The translations under genes were made by a program, and so were the position numbers. A DNA stretch of 59,721 bases from a virus (lineage: Duplodnaviria; Caudoviricetes): IMG/VR virus record IMGVR_UViG_3300037459_000161, positions 1-59,721 of that record. One strand, written 5' to 3'. The notes beneath the pieces were generated by a model. The model saw only the letters and a list, made by a program, of their open reading frames with translations, had not been told where the DNA came from and made no database searches. The stretch's first letter is position 1; each line of letters opens with the position of its first letter. Shown piece by piece: positions 50,627-59,721 of this stretch.

Positions 50627-50844
50627 TACGATTTTTTACTCTTCATAAAATCTACAAAACTACTACTTGATTTGTCAGATTCTTCTTCAATTTCTTCTTC
50701 ATCTACATAAACTGCATGTTTATTATGTTCAACAATTCGCGCTGCTTGATCGTCGGGCAATTCTTTTATTTCATCTTCTTTATAACTAAAATTGTAAGAA
50801 CCAAAATATTGACGACCCTTGCGATTAAATTTAATTTTTCTCAC
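50626..50844 (-). CDS. Small hypothetical virion protein
   Basis: GAGGT RBS; position. Confidence 0.6.
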   Translation of the reverse strand: MRKIKFNRKGRQYFGSYNFSYKEDEIKELPDDQAARIVEHNKHAVYVDEEEIEEESDKSSSSFVDFMKSKKS

Positions 50845-50868
50845 TTGAATACCTCAAATTAACGGGTT

Positions 50869-50904
50869 AAAAGTTGGGGGCGAATTAACGCCCCCAACTT
50901 TTTT
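50869..50904. terminator. Bidirectional rho-independent terminator downstream of the capsid genes
   Basis: AAAAGTTGGGGGCG-AATTAA-CGCCCCCAACTTTT. Confidence 0.85.
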
Positions 50905-50905
50905 C

Positions 50906-51319
50906 TTACGTGATTTGTGCGGCAACAGGCTTGATTACAGGGTTGCTAAGAATGCAAACAGCACCATGAATCATAGAAGTCCATGCAGCAGTTTCAATAT
51001 TTTGCAAACGCAAAAACCGTTTCTTGCCTTTATAACCAAATCTGAAAACTGCATCATCTTCTCCAGCAAGAACTGTCGGTGTCGATCCAATTAAATCGCC
51101 AGCAGCAACATCGTTTTCTTCTCCACCAAAAGTAATCACATCGGATTCCTCAAGTTGGAAATCAATAGTTCCAGTACCCAAGGTTCCAGAAAAGATTGCA
51201 AAAACAACCGATTCAAAACCAAGAGTATCAATTACAGAACCATCAGCAATTGCAGTAGCAGCAACCGGAGTAATTGCCATTGCAATTTTTACTTCTGAAT
51301 TTAGATCAAATTCTGCCAT
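50906..51319 (-). CDS. Putative capsid decoration protein
   Basis: IDTLGFES, LEESD, GYKGKKRFLRL; right after the MCP and before the terminator. Confidence 0.65.
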   Translation of the reverse strand: MAEFDLNSEVKIAMAITPVAATAIADGSVIDTLGFESVVFAIFSGTLGTGTIDFQLEESDVITFGGEENDVAAGDLIGSTPTVLAGEDDAVFRFGYKGKKRFLRLQNIETAAWTSMIHGAVCILSNPVIKPVAAQIT

Positions 51320-51337
51320 CTTGATTATTCCTTTTTA

Positions 51338-52606
51338 TTAAGCTGTGAGCTTCAGCAGTTTGATTGCTTCAGGCAAATTAACCAAACCTGTTACCCATCG
51401 GTTCATAGTAAACTCAATGATTGCCTTTTTCTTAAGTGTAAATTCATCTCGAATAACACTCAAACCAACTCTATCAACAATCGTATAACCACGTCGGAAA
51501 TCACCATAAGCAAGTGCAAAAGCATCTGTTCCTTCTTCTGGCATAGAAGGAGCAAGAATGTACCGACTACCAGCAAGTGTATTTGCTTTTGGTCCATTCA
51601 ACCCAGGTAACCACAAATACGAACCAGTTGTTGATTTCTTTAGTCTAATCTGTGCAAGTGTTTTTCGAGTCATAACAAACACAGGATTGTAACCAACTTT
51701 CAATTCACCTTGAATTTCAATAGGATCATCTTCATCAATTATACTAGAACCAGCACTATCCAAAGCGGCAGCTTGAAGAATTGCATCAACTGTAAATCCA
51801 GCAGGTTGTTTATGTCCAGTTCCGGCAACAAATCCATTACCTTCACCGAATGCAAAAGCTTCGCCTGCATCACTAGTAATTTCGGATTCCATATCGAATT
51901 GCGAATCCATTAGTTGATCTTTTGTAATCGGAGTTGTAAACGTTTGTCGGAACGGAGTCACCGTGATAGATTCATAACTTGAAGTTGAATCTCCACCTTC
52001 TTCCGCTTCACCTTCAAACGTTGCAATAGGAATTGTATTCCGAATTGCCATTTCCATAGATTTACCACCAATAGAACGCACACGCGCGACACCACGAATT
52101 GCGTCTATTTCAGTAATCTTTTTTACAATGATATTATCAAGTTCCGTCGGAACAAGAATTCCACCATCAACAGCAGAGTCAGAACGAAGTAAAGCTTTTG
52201 TTTCAACAGTCAATTCATTGTCAGGAGTTTTACAAAAAGTATTAATTGCTTTGTACTCTTCTGTTTCCTTAAATGCATCAGGATCAACTTGAGTCAAACG
52301 TTCATGACCACGAGCAATCTCTGTTTCAAGATCATCAATTTGAGTTTTGACTTCTTTTGCTCGTTTCTCGTCTGCTTCTTTTTCTTCTACTCGAAGAGTT
52401 TTAATATCTTTCAAGTCTTGTTCAAGATTTGCAGAAGCTTGCTCAAGAGCAGTAAACTCTGCACTCTTCTTTTCATATTCATCACATACAGCAGTAATTC
52501 GTTTTTCTTTATCCTTATCAAACTGGGGAGTGTTCCCCTTTGTTTCAAAGTCTGAGCGAAGTTCGGTAATAGCAGTCATTACCTCTTCGTTTGTAATTTC
52601 AGGCAT
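51338..52606 (-). CDS. Major capsid protein, HK97 family
   Basis: Coiled delta domain, DGGILVP, F..GTG..QP.G, G.YLW.P, AYGDF.RGY.IVDR. Confidence 0.95.
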   Translation of the reverse strand: MPEITNEEVMTAITELRSDFETKGNTPQFDKDKEKRITAVCDEYEKKSAEFTALEQASANLEQDLKDIKTLRVEEKEADEKRAKEVKTQIDDLETEIARGHERLTQVDPDAFKETEEYKAINTFCKTPDNELTVETKALLRSDSAVDGGILVPTELDNIIVKKITEIDAIRGVARVRSIGGKSMEMAIRNTIPIATFEGEAEEGGDSTSSYESITVTPFRQTFTTPITKDQLMDSQFDMESEITSDAGEAFAFGEGNGFVAGTGHKQPAGFTVDAILQAAALDSAGSSIIDEDDPIEIQGELKVGYNPVFVMTRKTLAQIRLKKSTTGSYLWLPGLNGPKANTLAGSRYILAPSMPEEGTDAFALAYGDFRRGYTIVDRVGLSVIRDEFTLKKKAIIEFTMNRWVTGLVNLPEAIKLLKLTA

Positions 52607-52689
52607 TTTATTTTCCTTATTAGTGGGTTTAAGTTTTGTATCGCTGAATCAGTATCGCACCGACCCACATAGCAGGATCACCCTGCCGT

Positions 52690-53727
52690 TTAAACATGAA
52701 TTTTTTTCAATTCATCTAAAATGTTTTCTGTACTTACATGCTCTCTTAAACCAGTACATTGACTGGTAATAAATTGAGCAGCACCTTTAGAAAATGCGCC
52801 ACAATCTTTCAATGCATTTTCAAGATCTCTTTTGTCAAATGTTTTTACTTCAATAGAATTAAAAAACGCTTTTGAATCTGATGCAAAAGGAGAAACAATT
52901 CCCATTTTTGCATAGTACCTTTCTATGTGTTGAATAACTCCAGCCCTATCTGCTTCAGGTAAACCATCACTTTTATCCAACATTGCTTTTGCAGCCTTGA
53001 AAATTGCGCGTGGATTAGCTTGTATTTTTCCATCGACAACATCAGCAATTAAAAATTTGTAACTATCAAAAGTTTCTTGCTTATCAGAGTTAAACCAAAG
53101 ATACGCATTCTTGAATTCAGTAGTTGGAACTTCATTTGAATTTGTTGTTTCTTTAATTCTAGAAGTTGCTGCACTAGGATTCCATATAGCCATTCGATCC
53201 ATTAAATCAAGATCTTGAAAAGGTACAACTGCTTTTAATTCAAATGTTGCATCTCTATGTAATGGTTCTGGTGTATAGCTACCCTCAATAATAGTTGCTT
53301 CAAAAATTTCTCTAACACCTTTTGTAATTTCATCTTTTGTAGCAATAAATCCAATTGATAAATCTGTAAGTACACCTTGTCTACCGAGAGCAAAAGCTTC
53401 TCTACCTAACTGAGTTTCAAGATTAATTTCTCCTATAACTTTCAACCCAACTAGATCTTCTACAACATGCTCAATCGGGAAACCACCAACGAGACGACCA
53501 TGATTATCATTCATTCTAATCATTCTATTGTTTCTGCTTTTATGTTCTTGAATAGAATTTTTAAATGCCCCAACATGAAATCTATCAGGAATTCCAAAAC
53601 GCCCACCTTGATCTGGTGTCCATCTCGCTAAATAACCTTCAAGAATTCCTAATTCAACTCCATCCCTATGAAGAGACTTGATTTCATCAGCAGATCCGCC
53701 GAAGTTTTTAGTTTCCATTACAGACAT
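52690..53727 (-). CDS. Prohead protease (HK97 family) with C-terminal extension
   Basis: GAFKNSI, NH, EDLVGL, DLSIGF, EGS. Confidence 0.85.
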   Translation of the reverse strand: MSVMETKNFGGSADEIKSLHRDGVELGILEGYLARWTPDQGGRFGIPDRFHVGAFKNSIQEHKSRNNRMIRMNDNHGRLVGGFPIEHVVEDLVGLKVIGEINLETQLGREAFALGRQGVLTDLSIGFIATKDEITKGVREIFEATIIEGSYTPEPLHRDATFELKAVVPFQDLDLMDRMAIWNPSAATSRIKETTNSNEVPTTEFKNAYLWFNSDKQETFDSYKFLIADVVDGKIQANPRAIFKAAKAMLDKSDGLPEADRAGVIQHIERYYAKMGIVSPFASDSKAFFNSIEVKTFDKRDLENALKDCGAFSKGAAQFITSQCTGLREHVSTENILDELKKIHV

Positions 53728-53736
53728 TTTAAATCC

Positions 53737-55710
53737 TCAATCCCACGGGATTTCGATTACTTTACCATCGCGCGCCATTTGATTTACTTCCTCTGTAATA
53801 CTCGCGCGTAAATTTTTTCTTGCATCTGATTCATCTTTAGGACCACGAACATCAAGAACAACTTCCAAATAAATATTAATTGTCTCTGCGCTAGGAACAG
53901 CACGAACTATTGCTTTAATTTCTATACCCCTTCCCTTTGCAATAAAATCATCCCACAATTGTTGATTCTTAATTACTAATTTACCTTTTACTGTTTCAGC
54001 TATTGTAATTGGCGGTTGCCCTTTACCAAAAACTAAACGGAAAGAATCAAAAACATCTCCATCTTTTAATATTTGTTCAGTTGTTCTTGAAACATTTGCA
54101 TGAATAATTTTAATAACAGATTCATCAATTTGCCTACCGATTTTTGCACCGCGAATTTTTGCGCGTACTAAAGCAGTTTCAGTTTCTACAGTTACGTAAT
54201 TTGCATTGATTACATAACCTTCATCCATAAATGATTTCAATTTATTTCTAAATTTACTTACTGAATAACCACCAGTTTGATCTAGTGTTGCATTCGCACG
54301 TAATTTTGTAGTTCTTGCAATAATTTCTTTTCCTATAAAACTTGATTCTTCATGTGCCATCCCAGCGGCATTTCGATTATTAAATACTCCAGTCTTTTTA
54401 CCTTTTACAGCACCATTTCTAAATTCAGGAAGAAAACCTTTTATTTCGTCAATATTAATTTTTACAGAACGATGTAAACGTTGTAAACCAAGGCTAGACT
54501 TACCAGAAGCACTACCACCACCAATTAACTGAAGTTCTGGAGTAACACCTTCAGCAACTGTTCTAGCGCCTCTCATAACTTCATCTATGATTTCTTTATG
54601 CAAAGCTTGCCTTTTTGCTGTCCACTCACCCCAAATTGTTTCGCCTCTTTCATCGACACCAACTTTATGACGAAACATTTCCATTGTTCCATCTCTACCA
54701 ACATCTTGAGGTTTCACTAATCGTTCTTGAATAAATGTTTGTGGATGTGCATCATCTATTAAATTTCGAGTTAATCCCTCTCTACCTGTATCAAAAATAT
54801 CTCTTTCTCTTACTGAGCGAATATCTTGTGCAGCTTCTTTGATATCGTAAGTTGCACTACATCTACATTCAGCAACATTACCAATTGAAGCACCTAAAGA
54901 AGTGTCAGCAGGAAACATTAACTTTTCACCACTAACAATAAAAGGTTCATGACTAAATACTCTCTGTTCAGCCAATAAATGATTAAACTTACTTCGTTTA
55001 TCAAGTGGTGTTCTTACATCTGAGTCACTAATGTTGTGCCACTCTTTAAAAGTTTTAGAAGTTTTGCCGCCAGTAATCGAAGGTTCTTCACCTCGCATAA
55101 TTTGAATTTGAGTAAGTTTCGCAGTTTCGGCGGTAGCATTTGTGTTTAAACGAGCTATTCCTTTCGCGCGCCCATTAACTTTAATTCGAAAAATTGTACC
55201 AGTAGCCTCAGCAATATTTAATTCTTCAACTTGAACTAATGACGTTACATCTGCACTTTCCTTTGCTAGTCTTAATGCAAGTGCTGCTTGTTTTTTAGAA
55301 GTGTTAGTAATTCGCCTAGCTTGATCTGCTGCTCTTAACCTGAAATTTCTCGCGACAACCAAAGGTACACCCTGAGTAGTCGCAGCTTTAATTTCAAGCA
55401 CACTTTTCGTTTCACCCAAATCATTAATTGCATCTTCAACCCTATTTATTGTTAATCTTGTAAAAATTTTACCAACTGTCAAAAAATGATCGTTCAACAT
55501 TCTTTCAAGTTCTGGCGACATAGCATTTAAGTTTGGAATTCTTCCATTCCTAGCTACACCACGAACAATAATAGTTGTCTGTTTTTGTTCGAACCGATTC
55601 CATCGAACAAGAAATTCTTTTTCAAGTCTAAGTTTGAATTGCCGATCTACTTTTATTTGAGTTTCTGTGCTGTAACTAGGCATCAGGATTCTCAATAAAA
55701 TCAGGATCAT
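53737..55710 (-). CDS. MuF/SPP1-gp7-like minor head protein fused to a zeta-toxin-like P-loop kinase
   Basis: KEW...SDSDVR..H, PF.VSGE.LMFP.D, NVAECRC; then GGGSASGKS, INIDEIK, AHEESS, LDQT, TAL.RA..RG...GR. Confidence 0.82.
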   Translation of the reverse strand: MILILLRILMPSYSTETQIKVDRQFKLRLEKEFLVRWNRFEQKQTTIIVRGVARNGRIPNLNAMSPELERMLNDHFLTVGKIFTRLTINRVEDAINDLGETKSVLEIKAATTQGVPLVVARNFRLRAADQARRITNTSKKQAALALRLAKESADVTSLVQVEELNIAEATGTIFRIKVNGRAKGIARLNTNATAETAKLTQIQIMRGEEPSITGGKTSKTFKEWHNISDSDVRTPLDKRSKFNHLLAEQRVFSHEPFIVSGEKLMFPADTSLGASIGNVAECRCSATYDIKEAAQDIRSVRERDIFDTGREGLTRNLIDDAHPQTFIQERLVKPQDVGRDGTMEMFRHKVGVDERGETIWGEWTAKRQALHKEIIDEVMRGARTVAEGVTPELQLIGGGSASGKSSLGLQRLHRSVKINIDEIKGFLPEFRNGAVKGKKTGVFNNRNAAGMAHEESSFIGKEIIARTTKLRANATLDQTGGYSVSKFRNKLKSFMDEGYVINANYVTVETETALVRAKIRGAKIGRQIDESVIKIIHANVSRTTEQILKDGDVFDSFRLVFGKGQPPITIAETVKGKLVIKNQQLWDDFIAKGRGIEIKAIVRAVPSAETINIYLEVVLDVRGPKDESDARKNLRASITEEVNQMARDGKVIEIPWD

Positions 55711-56962
55711 TATCTTCGATTGAAACGTCTGTACCGACGGGGATCAAACTTGCTTGTTTGTAAATTTGATCTCCACCTTCATAACCTTCTCTATTAATCA
55801 AGGCTCTCAATTCATTATCAGATTCAATCGCCAAAGAAGCACGAACTTTCAATTCTTTATTCCGTCTTGAAACTAATGCAGATACTTCGTCAGGGTCAAA
55901 TGTTATACGCGCGCGTTTAGGATCAATTCCATATCGAGGTAAAAGATCCATACCAATAGCGCCGAAAATTCGTCTTGATAACGGAATAACTGCATCATCA
56001 TATAATGCTACTTTACCTTCTTGATAGTTATTCAAAGTTTGTCTTTCGTCAGTAACAAGAGGTAAAGGAACATTATATTGTAATGCTACAGCTTTGATTG
56101 CCATCTTTTGCAAGTTCGCAAAATCCATATCTCGATTATTAATACCAACTTCTTTAATTGTCAGTTCACCACCGGCAGTAACTGCAATTGTTCCTGCTTC
56201 GTCTGCGCCTGAATATTGTGACTTAACTCGATTTTTAGTGATATCAAAATCTTCTTCGTCCATATCTTGTTCATAGTGAAAAATTAACGACAACCTTCCA
56301 CCTTTTTCAAGTAACGAAACATTATGCCGCCCACCTAAAATGTGTTGCCTGATTTCTTTCGACGCTGCAAGTAATGGAGATTGACCGTTTAAACGCGCGT
56401 TACTTTTCGTCGAATACATTCTAATGTGTGCTAAGTTTCGCAATCCACCATCGGAATATCTAAGAATACCATTCTTGATATTTGGTTTATAAACGCCGGA
56501 AAGTGTATTCCCCGAAACGTTCATACTTGTAGGTATTCCTCCAGGACCTTCTATGATTGAAACGTTTTTCATACTAATCGGTTCAATTGCTAACGGTGGT
56601 CTACGAAAACCTCCCAAAGTTATATACGAACATTCTCCTGTGATTAAATATTCTTTTGCTAGAAATTCTAATAACAATTCCTTAGAAAAATAAGGCGAAG
56701 GTTTATTTATCAAGTCAATTACAGGATGATCTTTTATCACTTTGTTATCAATTAACAACATTGGTTCTAATACAGAAAATGGATTTGTAATCATCCCTAT
56801 AGGTACACTAACAGACGTAGACTGTTCAAATAAAGAAAGAGCAGAAGAAGCACTAATAGCTGTGCCACTACCAAGAGAAAAGAAAGAACCAAGTTCTATA
56901 GACTCACCTAGAACACCAGATTTTCTTTCAACTTTTTGATTTTGATATCCGAACCATCCCAT
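55676..56962 (-). CDS. Portal protein, HK97 family
   Basis: HPVIDLINKPSPY, LITGE.Y, GQSPL, RDMDF, YNVP, NELR. Confidence 0.93.
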   Translation of the reverse strand: MGWFGYQNQKVERKSGVLGESIELGSFFSLGSGTAISASSALSLFEQSTSVSVPIGMITNPFSVLEPMLLIDNKVIKDHPVIDLINKPSPYFSKELLLEFLAKEYLITGECSYITLGGFRRPPLAIEPISMKNVSIIEGPGGIPTSMNVSGNTLSGVYKPNIKNGILRYSDGGLRNLAHIRMYSTKSNARLNGQSPLLAASKEIRQHILGGRHNVSLLEKGGRLSLIFHYEQDMDEEDFDITKNRVKSQYSGADEAGTIAVTAGGELTIKEVGINNRDMDFANLQKMAIKAVALQYNVPLPLVTDERQTLNNYQEGKVALYDDAVIPLSRRIFGAIGMDLLPRYGIDPKRARITFDPDEVSALVSRRNKELKVRASLAIESDNELRALINREGYEGGDQIYKQASLIPVGTDVSIEDNDPDFIENPDA

Positions 56963-57058
56963 TAAATAAACTCAATCACCTTTTTAAATCTTCGCCTCCA
57001 ACGATCTTTTAAAAATGCGTATCTTATACCCGCGCGCGCGCTCGCGCGTATGTACCAT

Positions 57059-57262
57059 TTATGCGTTTTTTGCTTGGCCATTATTTTGTCCCACTACATT
57101 AACTGTATCTAGAATAAATTGAACAACTTTGTCATCGTTTTTATTTGGTGTAAACTGCGCAGCAATTGCAAATGCACCAATAAATTCAAGTACAACTAAG
57201 TAATTAGTAGATATCCAATTAAATGTACCTGTAATGAATTCCATCTGTTCCCCTAAATCCAA
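57059..57262 (-). CDS. Small membrane protein (holin-like)
   Basis: Hydrophobic helix followed by TP..NDD. Confidence 0.45.
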   Translation of the reverse strand: MDLGEQMEFITGTFNWISTNYLVVLEFIGAFAIAAQFTPNKNDDKVVQFILDTVNVVGQNNGQAKNA

Positions 57263-57862
57263 CCAAAAACTACGTCGGCGGAATAAGTCATTGATTCTAC
57301 ATCTGCTACATCAAGCCAAATTCTTAATGGTGTACCAAGATAACCTCTTGCGTTCTGTCCATCTATATATCCAGCAACAGCATCAGGTTGTCCGAAAAGT
57401 ATATTTAAAGTATCTGCACCAACTGGGGTAAATGCTGATTCTGAAATTCGATTAATCCAAGCAAGATTTGGTTCAGCAGCCATTCTAGGCCCAATCCCAA
57501 CTTTATGTTCTTGGAGTCGAACAATCATTGATGGTGTACCAGCAGCAGTTACATTTAAATATAAACTAAACCAAGAAATATCTTTTGGTAAAATAAGAAA
57601 TTGTTCTGTTATTCTTGCTGCTAGAGGTAACCATGCAAAACTTTCTGTTCTAGACATTAAAAACTCCTTAGTGTAACCAAATTTCTTCGAAGTAAATCAT
57701 CTCACCATTTTCGTCATTGAATATAACTAGTCCAGTTGAAGTTGGGCCAGCATCTGCATTAGCAGAAGCACATGAAACACAAACTCGTTTACGCATAATC
57801 GAATTACATCGAATGCATAAATCTTCATAATGATCGACTACTTCGTTAATCGGGACTAGCAT
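57253..57862 (-). CDS. Hypothetical proteins (57253-57657, 57668-57862)
   Basis: AGGAG RBS; packed ORFs. Confidence 0.6.
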
Positions 57863-58151
57863 TTTCTACCTGTGGAACATCTACAGTAGTTCCAGCTAAA
57901 TCATGTGTGCAATCAGAAAGAAATTGTATTTTTCCTTCTTTAACAAATGAGTGGCATCTTTGGTTATCAAATCGAACTAATAAAGATGGACTAAAAGTCC
58001 CAAGAATTAAATCACCATCCCATTTCCAAACTGGTTTATTAGGCGGTGTACATCTAGTTCTAAATGAATGTGCAAAATCACAACCAGGACAATGAAATAC
58101 AATATGATCTTCATTATCATGTTCGTGTTTTTGAAAACGCGCATCACCCAT
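57846..58151 (-). CDS. DUF6527-like Cys/His protein
   Basis: FHCPGC...H, W.WDG, TFSPSLL, RCHSFV..G.IQFLSDCTH.LAG. Confidence 0.75.
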   Translation of the reverse strand: MGDARFQKHEHDNEDHIVFHCPGCDFAHSFRTRCTPPNKPVWKWDGDLILGTFSPSLLVRFDNQRCHSFVKEGKIQFLSDCTHDLAGTTVDVPQVENASPD

Positions 58152-58213
58152 TATGTATTCCGATGCCTATTTAGACGAATCCAAATTGTATATTTCAATT
58201 TATCAACTGTCAT

Positions 58214-58655
58214 TTATCCAAACCTAATAGCTAAAATTCCAGCAATCAAACATGCAGTTGCCCATAACCAAATTTTACCAATACTTGCACGAGTCTTGAA
58301 AATATCTGCTAACAATGCAGCATTTAATTCATCTTCTCTACCAATCCATAAATCGGGTCGATATTTACTAATGCCATTAATACTCATTTTGGAAATCCTA
58401 TTCGCAAAAGAAAATTACAAAAAATATTTACGCAGCGATTCCACACACGAATGAGTTCAAACATATTAAATCTGATTACATACTTACAGGACCACATACA
58501 CCACCCCAGTTGGGATAGACCCCCTTGAACCAGCACCCGAACGCCTCGGGTACTTTATCGTCAGAGATTTCGAGCACGTCGCAGTAATGATCGAAGTTGG
58601 CGAAATCCCCGGTGTGGCAACCAAGACATATAAACGGATTTGCTAAAGCACTCAT
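58214..58655 (-). CDS. Two small ORFs below the track cut-off (58214-58387, 57 aa with a TM helix; 58476-58655, 59 aa Cys-rich)
   Basis: Hand translation: MSINGISK...AIRFG and MSALANPFICLGCH...PVSM. Confidence 0.45.
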
Positions 58656-58678
58656 TATACTTCCTTCATTTTATAAAA

Positions 58679-58813
58679 TTAATCACCAGTAATTAAATCA
58701 ATAGTTCTACATTTCCATGTTCTATCTTCTGCTAATTCTTTTTCACAATCCTTGATCGTACTTGCACAGCCAATGAAAAATAAAAGAAAAATTAAAATTG
58801 CAATTACTTTCAT
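58679..58813 (-). CDS. 44-aa lipoprotein (not in ORF track)
   Basis: MKVIAILIFLLFFIG|CASTIKDC...; lipobox; AAAGGA RBS. Confidence 0.65.
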   Translation of the reverse strand: MKVIAILIFLLFFIGCASTIKDCEKELAEDRTWKCRTIDLITGD

Positions 58814-58918
58814 TTTATATTCCTTTCTATATATCACTTTTATGATTAAAATTTTTCATTGAATTTTTTAACATTATTTTTTCCATTATAATTTAGAACG
58901 CACCAAAGACATTTAATT

Positions 58919-59254
58919 TCAAATCCTATCTATTGTCGCTCCAGTATTAGACATTAAAAAACAACATCTTGCAGGAGCAACCAATCTATGAATATAATTA
59001 TATTCATCTTTTCGTGTTATAAAAAGTACATGCCCAATTGTGTCACCTTCTACTTTTCTATCTTCGTCAGGTGCTTGAAAATCTACAACAGTAGTAATAC
59101 GAATATCCATATCTTTTACAGTTGCATTTGGTGCATCACAATCTTGAAGTGGATCATCAAAATGTTTTACAATAAAACTTTCAACCAAAATTATTTCACT
59201 TATATGAGTAATCCATTGTGTTCTATCATGAGTACATATTTTTAAAGTTGACAT
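58919..59254 (-). CDS. Hypothetical protein flanked by 18-bp inverted repeats
   Basis: ORF ending FLMSNTGATIDRI; IRs at 58894-58911 and 59278-59295. Confidence 0.7.
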   Translation of the reverse strand: MSTLKICTHDRTQWITHISEIILVESFIVKHFDDPLQDCDAPNATVKDMDIRITTVVDFQAPDEDRKVEGDTIGHVLFITRKDEYNYIHRLVAPARCCFLMSNTGATIDRI

Positions 59255-59459
59255 ATCTTTCTACCTCTCTATCTATTTGTCTTTGGTACGTTCTATCTAA
59301 ATTTTTTCATTAGAATTTTTTTCAAAAAATTTTAGTTCAGAATTTTCTCATAGTGAAAAGAGCCTGGTTCTCTGGCGCAGGCGGGGGTGGCTTGCGAATA
59401 AAAAACCCTATCTTTTTTCCAGCAAATAAACATGTTTAACTCTGCTAGCATTGTTTTAA

Positions 59460-59721
59460 TCATCCGATGTGTATCATACCCTTGACACATAATCGTTTAA
59501 ACGCCATGCTACAACAATCAACTTGATCTTTATATGTCGAAGCTGGGAAATGTTTCAACTCTTCTTTTAGTTCATGCGTCCAACTTGCCATTAAAATATC
59601 AACTTCACCATTTTCTACAGCGACACTAAAATCGTCCGCCCTATCTTCCTTATCTCCTGTCGGTCTGTCTAGCTCCACTCGCCTATTCACTAACCTTCTT
59701 TGTGTACCTTCTGCGCTTTCT
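59460..59721 (-). CDS. terL: Terminase large subunit, C-terminal nuclease part
   Basis: TGDKEDRA, EL.HFP...KDQVD. Confidence 0.9.
   Translation of the reverse strand, partial: ESAEGTQRRLVNRRVELDRPTGDKEDRADDFSVAVENGEVDILMASWTHELKEELKHFPASTYKDQVDCCSMAFKRLCVKGMIHIG
59595..59721. repeat. 127-bp terminal direct repeat, second copy
   Basis: Identical to 1-127. Confidence 0.97.

Noticed and set aside
58476-58655. CxxCH haem-binding motif (also in 3640-3903)
   Set aside because: No signal peptide; more likely zinc-binding or chance

Overview
The window is a complete, circularly permuted ~59.6 kb dsDNA tailed-phage genome; bases 1-127 repeat exactly at 59595-59721, an assembly overlap that splits terL. 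It is AT-rich (about one-third GC by eye). It combines an HK97-type head with a Mu-like contractile tail and baseplate, has its own replication set (RepB-type primase, SF2 helicase, Sak4-like ATPase, DUF669 SSB, Cas4-like nuclease, ATP-dependent ligase, DnaE plus DEDDh exonuclease) and shows no recognisable integrase. The most striking element is an RNA module at 27570-29817: a stand-alone SPOUT methyltransferase, a promoter, a tandem array of four structured Y-RNA-like units and a Ro60/TROVE gene. The units share one scaffold with compensatory stems but carry different tRNA-like inserts: a Ser(GCU) anticodon stem-loop, a Phe(GAA)-like loop and a T-loop plus D-loop-like pair. Other notable features are an iterated palindrome (GTTTAAAC, at least 34 copies), mirrored 11-bp-period repeat arrays with an IHF site, a non-canonical tRNA-His, an orphan long-stem ncRNA candidate, a MuF head protein fused to a zeta-toxin-like kinase and a gp46 baseplate protein fused to a glycine-rich adhesin-like domain. 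All product calls come from reading motifs by eye; no database searches were run.
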